A stretch of DNA of 64,000 nucleotides from the human T2T-CHM13v2.0 reference genome, Homo sapiens. Where the stretch lies: assembly GCF_009914755.1 (NCBI RefSeq), contig NC_060929.1. One strand, written 5' to 3'. This document shows, one piece after another, positions 42,395 to 56,054 of the stretch (position 1 is the stretch's first letter; the number at the start of each line of letters is the position of its first letter). Made by a program: the position numbers and the translations under genes. Under the pieces are notes generated by a model, which ran no database searches, had not been told where the DNA came from, and saw nothing but the letters and a program-made list of their open reading frames with translations.

Positions 42395-45025
42395 CATTTT
42401 TTAATCACCCAAATGTTATAGATTACATTAAGCTTCACTTTTGGCTTTGTATATTGTATTAATTTTGATAAATGTATAATTACATATACCTACTTTATGG
42501 TATCATAGAGAATACTTTCCCTGCTAGAATAAAAGTCCTCCTTGTTTCACCTTTTCATCCGTTAATCCCCTAAACCCTTGGAAATCATAGCTCTTCTTAC
42601 TATCTCTATACTTTTGCCTTTTCCACAACTTAATATAGTTGGAATCATATAGTATATATCCTTTCATATTGGCCTCGTTCACTTAGTAATATTCACTTAA
42701 GTTTCCTCCATGTCTTCTCATGGCTTGATAGCTCATTTCTCTTTAGCAATGAATAATATTCAATTGTCTGGATGTACAAGAGTTTATTCATTCACTTACT
42801 GAAGGACATTTTAGTTGCTTCCAAGTTTTGGCAATTATAAACAAAACTACTTGGAACATCCATGTACAGATTTTTATATGGATTTTAAGTTCATTTGGGT
42901 AAACACCAAGGAATGTAACTATTGTATTATAAGAGTAGGTTTAGTTTTGTAAGAAGCTCTCAGACTGTATTCCAAAGTGAGTGTAACATATTGCATTCCC
43001 ACCAGAAATAAATGAGAGTTCCTGTTCCTCCATATTCTCATCAGCATTTGGTAATCAGTGTTATGGATTTTGACCATTCTTATAGGAGTGTAGTGATATC
43101 TTGTTGTTATCATTTGCATTTCCCTGATGACATTTAAGGTGTTGTATCTTTTCTCATGCTTAGTTACCTCTTGGGTAAGGTGTCTGTTAAGGTTTTTGGC
43201 CCCTTTTAAAAACTGATTGTTCATTTTCTAGTTGTTGAGATTTAAGAGTTAGTTGTATATTTTGGTTGGTAGTCATTTATCAGATATGTCTTTTGCAAAT
43301 ATTTTTCCCAGTTTGTGGCTTGTCTTTTCATTTTCTTGAGCAGTGTCTTTTGGAGAGCAAAAATTTTTCATTTTGATGAATTCCAGCTTATCAATTATAT
43401 TGTAATGTTGATGCTGTATCAAATAAACCATAGGCAAACTTAAGGTCATCTAGATATTCTACTATGACATCATCAAAAATTTGACAGTTTTGCATTTAAC
43501 ATTTAAGTCTATGATCCATTTTGAGTTAAATTTATGAAGGTTGTGAGATCTGTGTCTAAACTTCTTTTTTTTTTGTATTTGAATTTCCAGTAGTTTCATC
43601 ACCATTTATTGAAAAGATTATCTTTTTCCAGCATATTGCTTTTGCTCTTATGTAAAAGATCAATTGATTGTACTTATGTAAGTTTATTTCTAGGTTCTCT
43701 GTTCCACTGGTTTGTCTGTTCTTTCACCAATACCAATGTTTTAATTACTGTAGCTCTATACTAGGTCTTGAAATTGCTTAGTATCAGTCCTTCAACTTTG
43801 TTTTGCCCCTTCAATATTGTGCTGTATATTCTGAGTCTTTTGCCTTTCCATATAAAATTTAGAATCAGCTTGTCAATATCCACAAAATAACTTATTGGCA
43901 TTTTTATTGGGATTCTGTGGAGTCTTTACATCAAATTAGAAAGAACTGACATCTTGACTATATTGAGGCTCCCTATTCATGAACATGGAATATCTTATTT
44001 ATTTAGGTATTCTTTGATTTCTTTTGACAGCATTTTGTAGTTTTCCTTATGTAGATCATATACTTCTTATCAGATTTATGCCTAATTATTTCATTTCTGG
44101 GTGTGCTAATGTAAATAGTATTGTGTTTTTTTATTTTAAACTTTACTTGTTCATTGATAGTATACAGGAATAAATTGGCTGTAGTATATTAACCTTCTAC
44201 CTGGCCTTTTTGTTATAGTCACTTATTAGTTCTAGGAGATTTTTATTGATCCTTTTTAGATTTTCTATTTGGACAATCATGTTATTTATGAACAATGACA
44301 GTTTTATTTTTTCTTCTTAATAATTGCATGTTTTAGTTTTTATTTTTTAGCCTTGTTGCATTAGCTAGAATTTCCACCACAATGTTGAGAAGTGGTGAGA
44401 GAAGACATCTTTTCCTTGTTTATTATCTTTATGAGAAAGCATCAGTTTTTAATCATTAAAACTGTAGGTTTTCTATAGATATTCTTTATCATAGTGAAGA
44501 TGATTCTTACGTTACTAAGTTTTCAGTAATGAATGCTGGACTTTTTCAAATGCTTTTTCTGCATCTATTGATATGATTATATTATTTTCCTCTTTAGACT
44601 ATTGATGTAATGAATTCATTGATTTTAAAATGGTGAACTAGACTTTCACACCTGGAATTAATCTCACTGGTCATAATTTAAATTTATAATTATTTTTATA
44701 CATCATTGATATTATCTGCTAATATTTTATTGATTTTGTTGCATCTATGATTATAAGACATATGTGATATGTAGCTTTTGTTTATTTTAATATCCTTGTC
44801 GGGCTTTGATATTAAGGAAAAGCTAGCTTCATAGAATGAGCTAGAGACTATTTCCTCTGCTGCTGTCTTCTGAAAGAGATTTCAAATAACTGATGTAATT
44901 TATTCCTTCAGTGTTTAGTAGAATTCATCAGTGAACACAGCTGGGCCTGGTGTCTCCTATTTTGGAGGATTAGTAATTATTAATTCAATTTCATCATTAA
45001 GTTAATTTATTTAACAGCCTATTAA
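42395..45025 (-). mobile_element. L1MC1/2-like LINE (3'UTR and 3' ORF2)
   Basis: ORF 42919..43224 (KNLNRHLT...IREMQ..TTRYHYTPIRM) matches the L1 ORF2 C-terminus. RT-region motif GCTTTTTCTGCATCTATTGA at ~44552. Confidence 0.88.
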
Positions 45026-45040
45026 GAGTCTCCTTTTTAA

Positions 45041-45375
<335 letters not shown>

Positions 45376-45394
45376 TCTTGTATCTTTTTGATAG

Positions 45395-45725
45395 GAGGTG
45401 GCTTTATAATTTTGGAACAAAGTGCCCACTGGTGTTAGGCTTTCACTCAACTAGAAAACTAGGAGATAAAACTGTTATCTTTTTGTAACTGCTTTTTAAA
45501 GGGATGACTCCAAGGTCTTTGAGGAAAACATTCTTGTATAGTAAAATGGACAAAAGGTTTTCGAATAGGTTTACATACAACTGAAATGGCTGAGAAAGAA
45601 TTTATACTTTTTTGTTGTTGTTGTTTTTAAAGTAAATGTTCAAAGAAAAGTGAGATCAGTGTCAAGAGTTAGAAAGAAGCCCGTCTAAAGTTTAGCCCAG
45701 CTGAGGGTAGTATTAAGAGCATCTA
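45395..45725 (-). mobile_element. ERV1 LTR fragment (MER31-like)
   Basis: AAAGGGATGACTCCAAGGTCTTTGAGG...AGAAGCCCGTCTAAAGTTTAGCCCAGCTGAGGG recalled from MER31. Confidence 0.65.
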
Positions 45726-45727
45726 GG

Positions 45728-45868
45728 AGTCAGGTGTTGTGATAGGAGCCTATAGTCCCAGCTACTGGGGAGCATGAGGTAGGAGGATGGCTGGAACCCA
45801 GGAGTTCAAGATTGCAGTGAGCTATGATCCCACTTTAAGCCTGGGCAACAGAGTGAGAGCCTCTCTCT
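45728..45868 (+). mobile_element. Free Alu monomer (FLAM/FRAM/AluJ fragment)
   Basis: GCCTATAGTCCCAGCTACT...CCCAGGAGTTCAAGATTGCAGTGAGCTATGATC...CCTGGGCAACAGAGTGAG. Confidence 0.85.
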
Positions 45869-45930
45869 CTGGGAGGGGTGGTGGGGAAAACATCTTAGGG
45901 CATCCTGGGCAGTGTCTTAAGTCCCCTTCT

Positions 45931-45933
<3 letters not shown>

Positions 45934-45975
<42 letters not shown>

Positions 45976-45998
45976 ACACACATACACATACATACACA
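45934..45998. repeat. (CA)n / (CATACA)n microsatellite
   Basis: Seen directly. Confidence 0.97.
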
Positions 45999-47052
45999 AA
46001 TTGCTTAAATATAGGTAATAGTAATGTTTTTTTGAAGAAGACATTATTTACTAATGAACATTGTTTACAAATAATTTAAAATATTATTTAAAATAATCTG
46101 TGAATATCTACTAAAATGCTCCTAATCTATTTTAAATCATTGTAAAATATGGATTTTAGCTTATGCTGAAAATTCAAAAATAAAATGACCGTCAATACTG
46201 GATATTATTTCCAAATTGAAAGATAGACACCTACTTATAAAAGAGCAGGAGTAAAATTAACAAACCTACATTTGAGAGATTAGTCTCTTAGGCTAAAACT
46301 TTTAAAAATCCTTATGTTTGCATAAATATTATAAACATGTTTGAATCCAAAGGTGACTTCCTGAACTGAAAGTTAGCTGTGGTCAGCACTTATTTTTGCT
46401 TTCACTGAACAAACTTGTCTCACTAGAAGCAAACTTGTGGTATGCAAATTTATCTTATATGACAGTTTTTTTTTATTTTTAGCTTATCAATCCATGGAAA
46501 CAACAATTTTCTGATTCATATAAAACTTTTGAGAGCCACATAAGCATATTCAGAAAAATTGTATGGATAAGAAAACCCTTGCCAAATAATATTTGTGATA
46601 GCAATAGCACTGAAACAGAGATATATAGATACAACTTACTTTGAAATGAGGACAGCTGTCAAAATTAAATAAAAAGAGAAAGTACATTTTTGAGTTCTTT
46701 GATATTTTCTGAACTCCAAATGCCCTTACATGTTCCCATTTCTGTCATATGTGTACTTCTTCAGCAGCAAATAAATTGGCCAACATAAGGAAGTGCTTGG
46801 AAAAACATGACATGTCTATTCTGAGCATTAGTTAGGAGGACAGCTATTTCCAAACAGAAAAGATGGATTTGAAAGTTTTTGTCTTGAATCATAGAATGCA
46901 TTATGTGTCTATTTAGAAGCGTTTCAATTTAATTGTCTCAAAGTCTGAGGAAAAAAAGAAAACATTATTCAAACATATATTTAAAATGCTCTAATTTTAT
47001 TTTCTTTAGCACATTCCTAAAATGTGTATGCATCCTATCTTAATCATCTCAC

Positions 47053-47363
47053 TTTCTTTTTATTTCATTTTATTTTTTTGGAGACAAGTTCTCATGCTTT
47101 CATCCAAGCTGGAGTGCAGTGCTGTGATCATAGCTCACTATAACCTCAAACTCATGAGCTCAAGTGATCCTCCCACCTCAGCCTCCCGAGTAACTGGGAC
47201 TAAAAGCCCACAACACCGTACCCAAATACTTGTGGGTGTGTGTAAAGAGAGGGTCTCACTATGTTGCCCCAAATGGTCTTCAACTACTGCCCTCAAATGA
47301 TCCTCCCTTTTGAGCCTCCCAAGGTACCGAGATTACAGGCGAGAGGCAACAACTCACCCTGCC
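47053..47363 (-). mobile_element. AluJ
   Basis: GATCATAGCTCAC and CTCAAGTGATCCTCCCACCTCAGCCTCC are J-type diagnostics. Highly diverged. Confidence 0.88.
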
Positions 47364-50300
47364 TCATATTGTTTCCTGACCTAATTGAATGAGCATGAAT
47401 TTATTCATGAGCCAAGACTGAAATTTAGCTTGACTTATTTGTTTGTTTTTCCAGTGAGAAGAAACATGTATTAAGGATAAGAATGTAGCTGTGTTTTTTT
47501 TTATCTTTTAATGTTTATTAATTGGCCAAAACTATATTCCAAGTTGACGGAAAAGGATGAAATAGGAATTGAATTATTCATTTCACACGCATATCATCCT
47601 GAAAGTGCTGAAATATACAGAAAGCAATAGATGAAAATTAAAATATCTATAATTTAATCTTTCCATAGACTTCTAACATGACTCAGAAAATAGTCAAATA
47701 AATAATTCCATATATTTTATTTACACACTCAATATTTTTCCTGAAACAACACATAAATTTCATTAAATCCAGTCTCAAAACAGTAATTTAGTAATACATA
47801 ACTATTCAAACTCACATCCAATGTCTTTACAGCTTCTTTTGATGGACTAGAACTGAAGAAAGTACTGAGTATATAGTAAAAACAACAAAGTGCGTAGTGA
47901 TGGTATAACAAAATGATCTGAGATGTGTTTTATTTCAACAAATTAATTAGTGATCTATATGTAAGATGGAACATCAAGTACTAGGTGAAGGTATGGCTTT
48001 TTTACATGGAACTGAGTATATCTTTGGGTGAGACTGGAAATATGTGGGGATTATGTGCACAATTACGCATTACACAGCTCAATCAATATAGACAGACAAC
48101 GAACACATGCAGCAAAGGCATGAGCTAGAGAAATTGTATACTTGATTTTTTGAAAGTTTTATGGAAATATTTCCATAAAATAAAATTACCAAGTGCTATA
48201 TAATAAAATAACCTTAAACAATTTGATATAGTAATGTTTTAACAGATTTATTTAACTCAATTACTATCTACCTGAATCTGAGATGAAGCACAGCTTACAA
48301 AATTATTGGGGTAATCACCAAACTAACAAGCTGAACAGCACACCTGTATATAGGAATATGAAAAATTAAATCGGTGTGAAAGCAAAGGGTGACACATGAA
48401 CATCTGTACATTTCCTTAGGTGGTTTAATACATACATGATAAGAGAATCATATAATTTCAAAATTTTGGTGATATTACCTGAAGAACTAGATAAAAATAA
48501 AAAGATTTCTTCCAAAAATAATTGGTGATCTTTTATTTTTATCCTGATGCTCTGTTGTGTTGTTTGTTTTACTGAAATAATAGAATAAATCTCAGCCTAG
48601 AGGCTATTGTACAAGAAAATGCAAGGCAAAGATGTGAAGGATGGTAAAATAAAATAATCATCCCACAATTTAGTAACAGAAAGTTACTTCACTTTTCTAG
48701 ATACTTCTTAGATGTTTCACATTAATCAGAGCATAATACGGTTTAGTCTCTGAAAATATATTCTATATTCATATCTTCAAAATGAGGATTTTAGAGAGAT
48801 TCAGTATTTGATACGTTCTGAATGGTGTGCAATCCATAAGTCAAAGTTTTCTCTTCAAAATATACCTAATATATTTGCTCTGCTACTGTCAATATATGTG
48901 AGTAATGCAAAAATACTTAAAAATTGTTTTAAACTGCATATAAATGCAAATAATCACAATGTAAAGTATGGTTTCTATAAGTATTTTTCCTTAAATCTTT
49001 CTTTGATTGACTGCCATAGGCAGAAAACACATTCTAGTAAGAGAATAATAGCCTCTTTCTGTTGAAAAGATAAATGCATGCAAAACAATATTAATTACAC
49101 CAAGTGGTAATTATACAGGATCATTATATATAACAAAGAATTTTCAAGAAATATGGTTCCTATACCTTGCTCTCTTTCTCACATTTATTAGCTTATTAAA
49201 TAACTTTATGTCACAGTAAAATTCCTTTTATTATCCTAAAGGAGAATTGAGAGTTTTAACAATTAGTTGTAAATTGATTCAGTTTCAAAACTGTAGATGT
49301 TAATGCAATTATGCAAAATTAGCTATAAAATGAACCAAATGCTCAAAAATAAATGTAAAAGAAATACTCTTATCAACAGATAGAAAGTTAGTGATCACTA
49401 TTAAACTCCACAGAAAATAAATTATAACATCAAGGGAATATTACTTCTCTAGAATACCAACATTATTTTTTATTTTCTATTCCATGATAATTTTTAAAAG
49501 CAACTAACTTGCTAAAATTCATTCAACAAATATTTAATGTTTACCTGGAAGGTAAAAATAATTATTGGATGTATTTGTTTACTTCTTATCAGAATAAATA
49601 TGTCTAACCAAATCCTTTAAGGAATTTCAAAGATTCCTTAATGACATGTATTAAGTAAATGTAAGAGAAGCCCAGTGGAGACACGTTTCATTGACCTTGG
49701 CCCTCTGTCTGAGTTCTAACAGGTTAGAAGGGTTATGATTTTTATAATATCAACCACTGGGGGTAGTCAAGCTACCACCTCAACAACTCATTGTTGTTCA
49801 CTGTTGATCTTATTTAATTGTTAACTCAGAGTGAAGTAAAACAATAGACATTTTGATTTAAACTTACATTTTATTTGATTTGTATTTTTTTCAAGATAAG
49901 ATACCACAAAATATGTCCTTGTGAAGGGTAATAATTAATCAAAAGAGACTGGACTAGTAAATTTAATATTGACATTTCTTCACATGCTGAATAAAAAAGT
50001 AATATATGATGAAAAATAGAAAAATAAATAAATTGGTCAAGTTTTATTCCCTAAAAATTCAGTTGAGAAGAGATTCATAAGAGATAAATGACAAAAAATT
50101 AGAGAGTGGCCTCTTAAAATCTAAGGCAAATATCATTGTAAACTGAATAATCACTTCAGCAAAGAAAGATTTTGAAGATACTCCTTCTCAATATATTTAC
50201 TGCTACTGGCAGTGCATGTTTGTCATCATTTCGAATATTGTAAGTGTCCTAACTGCCTCAACACCAAAATCTACTCATAAATTCTATCCTTGCTCCCCAT

Positions 50301-50386
50301 TTCTCTCGGATTAAGTACCAATTCTTTAGTACACTACATAATTCAGCAACTCATATGTGTACTTATCCCTTTAAGTATATATCTTG

Positions 50387-50851
50387 TGTGAACAAATGTG
50401 AGCTTGAACGAGCCAATCTTTCAAGATGGATCCCAAGTGGCTAAATATACCTAAATTTAAAATAGAGCTAAGCAGCCATTTCCTGAATAGAGGTCACGTA
50501 AGCTCTAAGTTCCCTGAAAACAAACACCTCCATTCAACTTTGAGATTTTCAGAGGTCACCTGAACTAACCAATTAGAGCTCACCCAAACCAATCAATCAG
50601 ACTTCACCTGCTTTCACCAACCTGGGCTCCAACATATCAACCACTTGGAACTAAGCAAGTTTGAATCCTTCATTTGCATAACAGACCTGATTGAGAACCT
50701 GGCCAGGAACATTTGCCATAGAACCTGAACCCTCCCTTTGTTCTTTGGCAGATGCCTTCATTTTACACCCCAGGCTAGATCTCCTGGGTTCTCAAACTGT
50801 TCACTGAAATAAGGTCTGTTTTCTCCAAATTCCCTTTCCTTTTGTTTATGC
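50387..50851 (+). mobile_element. Solo LTR (LTR47-like, ERVL) inserted in an L2 relic
   Basis: TGTGAACAAATGTGAGCTTGAACGAGCCAATCTTTCAAGATGGATCCC start. Repeated CCAAT-like units and octamer ATTTGCAT at 50672-50679. Confidence 0.7.
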
Positions 50852-52712
50852 TTGCTACACATTTTATCTCTACCTCTACCACCCTCGATGCCCAATGCAA
50901 GTCATGCCCTGGTCTTAAAACATGTCTTCTCAATTTTTGAATCATTCGTTGTATAGCCTTGGGATTTTTCACACTATTCTATTAGGCAAGAATATCCCAA
51001 CATTCCTATTTTTACATAAAGCACCTCTCAAATTTCAATGTTTAGCAACAGCATATGTCCTCTGTGATTGATGCTTTTTGAGGCTGCACTTACAGAATTA
51101 AGGGCTTCCTCCTTAGACTTTTCACTTTACTTTATCTGAATTTCTATCATAGCATTTAATGACACTGCTGATTTTAAAATAGCATTTTTTATGTACTAAT
51201 CAGTATACTTTCTCAAGCTGGGATTCCATTTTATTTGCTTTTCTACCCACAGTGTCTGACACAGGTTGGATGCTTACTAAAGACAATGAATGAATAGGAC
51301 TGAGCTAAACACTAAAGAAAAAGAAGGAAAGTATTCCAGATGTGAGGAAACAGGAAAGGGACTGGTTATTACAGTATAATTGCTCACAGAAGAAAAGAAA
51401 AAAAATTTACACCTCCTCTGCAGTTTAGAATGGTTCACCAAAATTGATTCGGAAAGGATGTCAAGTCATGGAATAAATTTTTCGTGTTTGATTACAGCTT
51501 CCCTATCACTATTACCTTTGGGGATCTGAGAGCAAGTGCAATGTGTATGAGAGTACAAAGTATCAAAATGTATTTTCCATTCTTATAGCCAAATTGTAGT
51601 CAAGCCCACATGACCTCATGGCTAGATTACACAAGAGTCTGTAATTCAAGTCTCTTCTCCACTTCAAGGCATTTTGGGCGATTAGGACCTGATTATTTTC
51701 ACCACTTACTCCATTATAATGTCAATCCCTTGGTTATGTCATATTTTGAATGACATACAGTAAAACTCTCCCTACTCAGACAATCACTAGTGTTTTTTGT
51801 TTTTTGTTTTTTATTTTTCTGTAATGTAAATTTCCCTTTAATGTAAATTAAGGCCTTGATTCCAGAGACTTTAAGTAGTCTCAACTAGGGTTAATAATTG
51901 TATATTTAAATTAAAATAAGTGTTTTTCACACATGTCTATGATGAAAGAAAGTGTACTTAAAGACCAACAGATAGACAAGTCACCCCAAACATCCAATGT
52001 CCTATCACCCACTGCTTTGCTCTCAAACTATTTACTCTAATGAAGTAGGATGAATCACACCATTACATATTAAAACCTGCATGTTGTATTAGCCTCTTGG
52101 ACAACTTTTCATTTTGTTAGTACTGCCCCAACAATGTGTGATTTTAAAGTTAGGAAACCCAACTTTGAATTCATATCCAGAATCTACTACCTGCATTTCC
52201 TGTGGGAATCCCAGTTTCCTTACTTTTAACTTGTGCAAATTAAAAAAGATAATGCTAGGGAAACATCTAGTGAAGTATAGGTTTTAAATGGACATTAGTT
52301 GCTTTTCCCTTCATCTACCTGTGCAGATTTGCAAGCCCTTAGACAACAATTACTCTTTGCACATTGATTATCTCCAACTTTATAATGTCTTTGACACAGG
52401 ATTCGAAAATGCAGGACTGCTAAAGACTGCTCAAGCTATACACTTCCCTGTCTAGGTAGTATCTTTCATAGAGTTGGAGAGAATAGTCCTTTCTATCTTT
52501 TTGAGGCTCAGCTATACATTCATAGATGTAGTTGGAGCCCAGCAAACTGTGTATATGGTAATTACCTAATGTGTGTATTTGTTGGGATAAACACTTAAAC
52601 TTTTGACCAAATATAATAAGTGGTCAACATTTTGAGAGAAAAATAAAAGGAGTGCTTCTTTATCTTGTGTGCTTTCATCTCACTTAAAATTTTATACTTG
52701 GAAGAAAACATC

Positions 52713-53094
52713 TGATATGGTTTGGTTCTGTGTCCCCATCCAAATCTCATTTCAAATTGTAATTCCCAATGTTGCGGGAGAGAACTGGTGGGAGGTGATT
52801 TGATCATGGGGCTGAAAATGTCTCCCTTGCTGTTCTTATGATAGTGAATGAGTTCTCAAGGTACCTGCTTGTTTAAAACTGTGCAGCTCTTCCCCCTTCA
52901 CTCTCTCCCCTGCTCTGCCATGGTAAGATGTACTTTCTTCCCCTTCACCTTCCACCATGATTGTAAGTTTCCTAAGGCCTCCCAGCCATGCTTCCTATAT
53001 AGCTAGCAAACTGTGAGTCAATTAAACCTCTTTTCTTCCCAAATTACCCAGTTTCAGGGAGTTCTTTATAGCAGTGTAAGAACAAACTAATACA
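52713..53094 (+). mobile_element. MSTA-like solo MaLR LTR
   Basis: TGATATGGTTTGG...CTAATACA termini. 5-bp TSD ACATC/ATATC. Confidence 0.92.
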
Positions 53095-53729
53095 ATATCT
53101 TCTTCATTCTATTTTCAGAGTTTATTGTTAACCTAGCCAGAGAGATTAATAATGCAGGTTAACAACCTTGCTGTTATTTAGGAAATGTCTCATAGAAGAA
53201 TCAGTAACATGACAAATGCCTTTTGAGATGGTACTGGTACTAGCCAGCACAGTGGTGGACATGTGCGTTAACATCTTGTAGGACACATTTGAGATGTGTA
53301 TGCTTTTGTCTTTGACATGATTATGATAGCACAGTGACATGGAGTTGTTACATTTTATTTTCTTCAACTATTACTTTTATTTTTGTTTACTATGGGTCAA
53401 TGGCATAACAATGTGTTTATTGTTGGAAGGCAAAAGATAATAATCAGTTAGCAAACACTGCCGCTTTTTGAGTTTCCACTAGGATAGTCAGATGCTCAAA
53501 TGTCATTTAAGTGCCAGAGTACACATCAAAGAAGCATTAGTTTAACTATTTGGGATATGTGAGGATAAAAAATGTCTATGACAGTACTGTTAGTTGTCAA
53601 TGCTTAAATCAAAATGAAGTGAATTTTTTCCTGAAAGAAATTTTACCAGAAGTCTTTGTGTTAAACAATGGCGTTAGATACGGGCATACCTGTTTTGCAA
53701 AGAGAATTCAACTGTTGGTTTTGGAAATA

Positions 53730-53863
53730 TTATGTATGTATACACACCATATATATGTGTATATGTACTGTATATATAGAGATGCACACAAATATATGTG
53801 TGTCTGTGTGTGTGTGTGTATATATATGTATATATATATATATGTGTATATATATATATATAT
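53730..53863. repeat. (TA)n/(TG)n compound low-complexity repeat
   Basis: Seen directly. Confidence 0.93.
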
Positions 53864-55539
53864 GTTTCTCATTCAGAGTTTAGATTCCCTCTCCTGTTCC
53901 TAATTGGCATTCTGATGAGGCAAATAAAATTAACTAATTCCTTAAAATAAACCAACAGACACCTTCTGGTTCACTGTTTTCTTGAATGGTTTAACCTCTA
54001 AAGAATAGTGTTGTAATTTTATAATTGTAGCTGGTTTAATTGAACAAGTTAAGATTGGAATTATGCATTTTAAATATGTGACAAGACTCATCAGTGAAGT
54101 TTGTATTTAATAATGATTTGTGTGGAGGCAAAAATGCTGAACACAGTGCTTTTGGCCTTTGACTAAGTGCAGTATACAGTAATAGCTCAGTAAGTGCTTG
54201 TCTCTTTCAGAGATGAGTCTGAGAAGAAATTCCATTTAAAATGTGAACAAGGGTGTAGAAAGCTATTTTGAAAGTGGAGATTTTGAGAAATAAGCTTGTC
54301 AGCTGTTCTCCTGACAGCCCTCCTGAATGAAATTTCCACTGTAACTGTTATATAGGCTATCTACAAATGGTTTTTATTTTTCAAGTACGAGTAATTCATT
54401 GCTTGGGAGCCTGAAAGTGAGAAAAAAATTACCAAAATGAGTTTTATCAGGGGCTATAAACAGATTATTGTATTGTACATAAACATAAATCAGCCTGTGA
54501 CTAGATGTCAGTTTAGAGAGTTAAAGGATATAATGTTGATTTTTTTAATGCACCACCATTATCCTAGAGCTTTATTTCAATCTTCTCATTAAAATTACAA
54601 ATTGTGCCATTTAAACTCTGTAGAAAAATGTTGTATAACTGACAGCAGAATAAGGAAAGATAGTAATCAAATCATGCTCATTTTTCTTTTCTCTAAAGGT
54701 TTCTCTAAAAGAAAAAATTCTCACACATTATGCTTCTAGCTTAGTCATCCATGGTTACTTCATGGCTTATATTGGTATAAGAAAACACTACACAGATTTT
54801 ATTTAACTTATTATTTAAAAGTTCATCAGCTCTAAGTGTTGCATATTAAAGAACTGAGGTTCTCAAACTCCTTATTTACATCAGTCAATATTAACAAGAG
54901 AAATTATTCTTATATAAATAAATTTGCCAATAGTAATTACACTCATTATTGCAGAGTGCTTGTAAGCCTCAGCTGAAATAATAAATATGAAATTATTTTT
55001 GTACTGTAAACATTAATAATAATCTAAATGTTAAGTTACTGTTTTCATAATCATCAGCTCTTGTAGCCATTATAATATCATTTTTAGTTCTATAAAACCA
55101 AACAGAAAATAGATATGATTGTAGCAAAAATAATAAGAAAAGTACATCGAAAAGAAAAATAAAGAATAATTATGTAAACAGGACATGCCGGTTATGAAAA
55201 AAAAATTTACTTTCTATAAAAACTTAAAGGGCCCAAAATATCAGATTTTCTCCTTTTTTTCCTCTGTACACTGATAATATAGTTGTCTTCACATATATCA
55301 ATATTTAAATTAGAGTATGAGTTACTTGATGGCATGTTCAGATCCTGTACTACTTTTACACTCTGAGTGCATGCCAGGCTAATGACATGTTGTCAGCACC
55401 TGCTGGGCATTTGTTGAATCCATTGTATTGGTCATCACTAGGACACAGGGATAGCACAGAATGGACTTTTGTGCCAAATAAGAAAATGTGAGCACTCTGA
55501 GAAGACAATTAGATAATAGGCTGCTTCCTTCAGGCTAGT

Positions 55540-56054
55540 GTAAGAGTGCCAGAGCTCATTGTTTGGAAGGTGGATCTCATTCTTCTTTCTAGGTCATCTT
55601 TGTATAGACCAGCGCAGAGCACAGCATGCTAGACATATGCAGTTGCCCTGGTTATCATTTTGCTTTGCCTCTTCCTGAAGGAGTATCTAAGGTACCCAGT
55701 CGCTGTGGGACGATAAGGGCCTAACTTGAGTGGGGGCCTTGCTTCAATCTGCACCACTACTCCTGTCATAAAGATAGGAGAAGTTTGTTTCTCCCTTAGA
55801 TACCTGTCAATTAACAAATCCAAGTGACCTAGTCACATGGACTAACCCCACTTAACATCCCTCCTCCGCACCTTTCCCTTAGCACACCCCTACCTCTTGC
55901 TTCAGGGAAGTTGCACTTGGTTCAGAATTCTCTTTCCTATTGTGCTCCTGAATAAAATAAATAAAATACAATAGGAATAAAATTCCTACTATATTCCTGA
56001 ATAAAATGTGTTTTTACTGTTTTATCTGTTGTCCAGTTTTGTTTATCTTTGACA
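55540..56054 (+). mobile_element. Old solo ERV1-class LTR (MER34/MER39/MER90 group)
   Basis: GC-richer block with AATAAA signals, ending CTGTTGTCCAGTTTTGTTTATCTTTGACA. Confidence 0.55.

Noticed and set aside
49617-49641. Short perfect hairpins (TTAAGGAAT/ATTCCTTAA here; AGGGTTAA/TTAACCCT at ~22811-22830)
   Set aside because: Stems of 8-9 bp are expected by chance in AT-rich DNA and are too short for a pre-miRNA.
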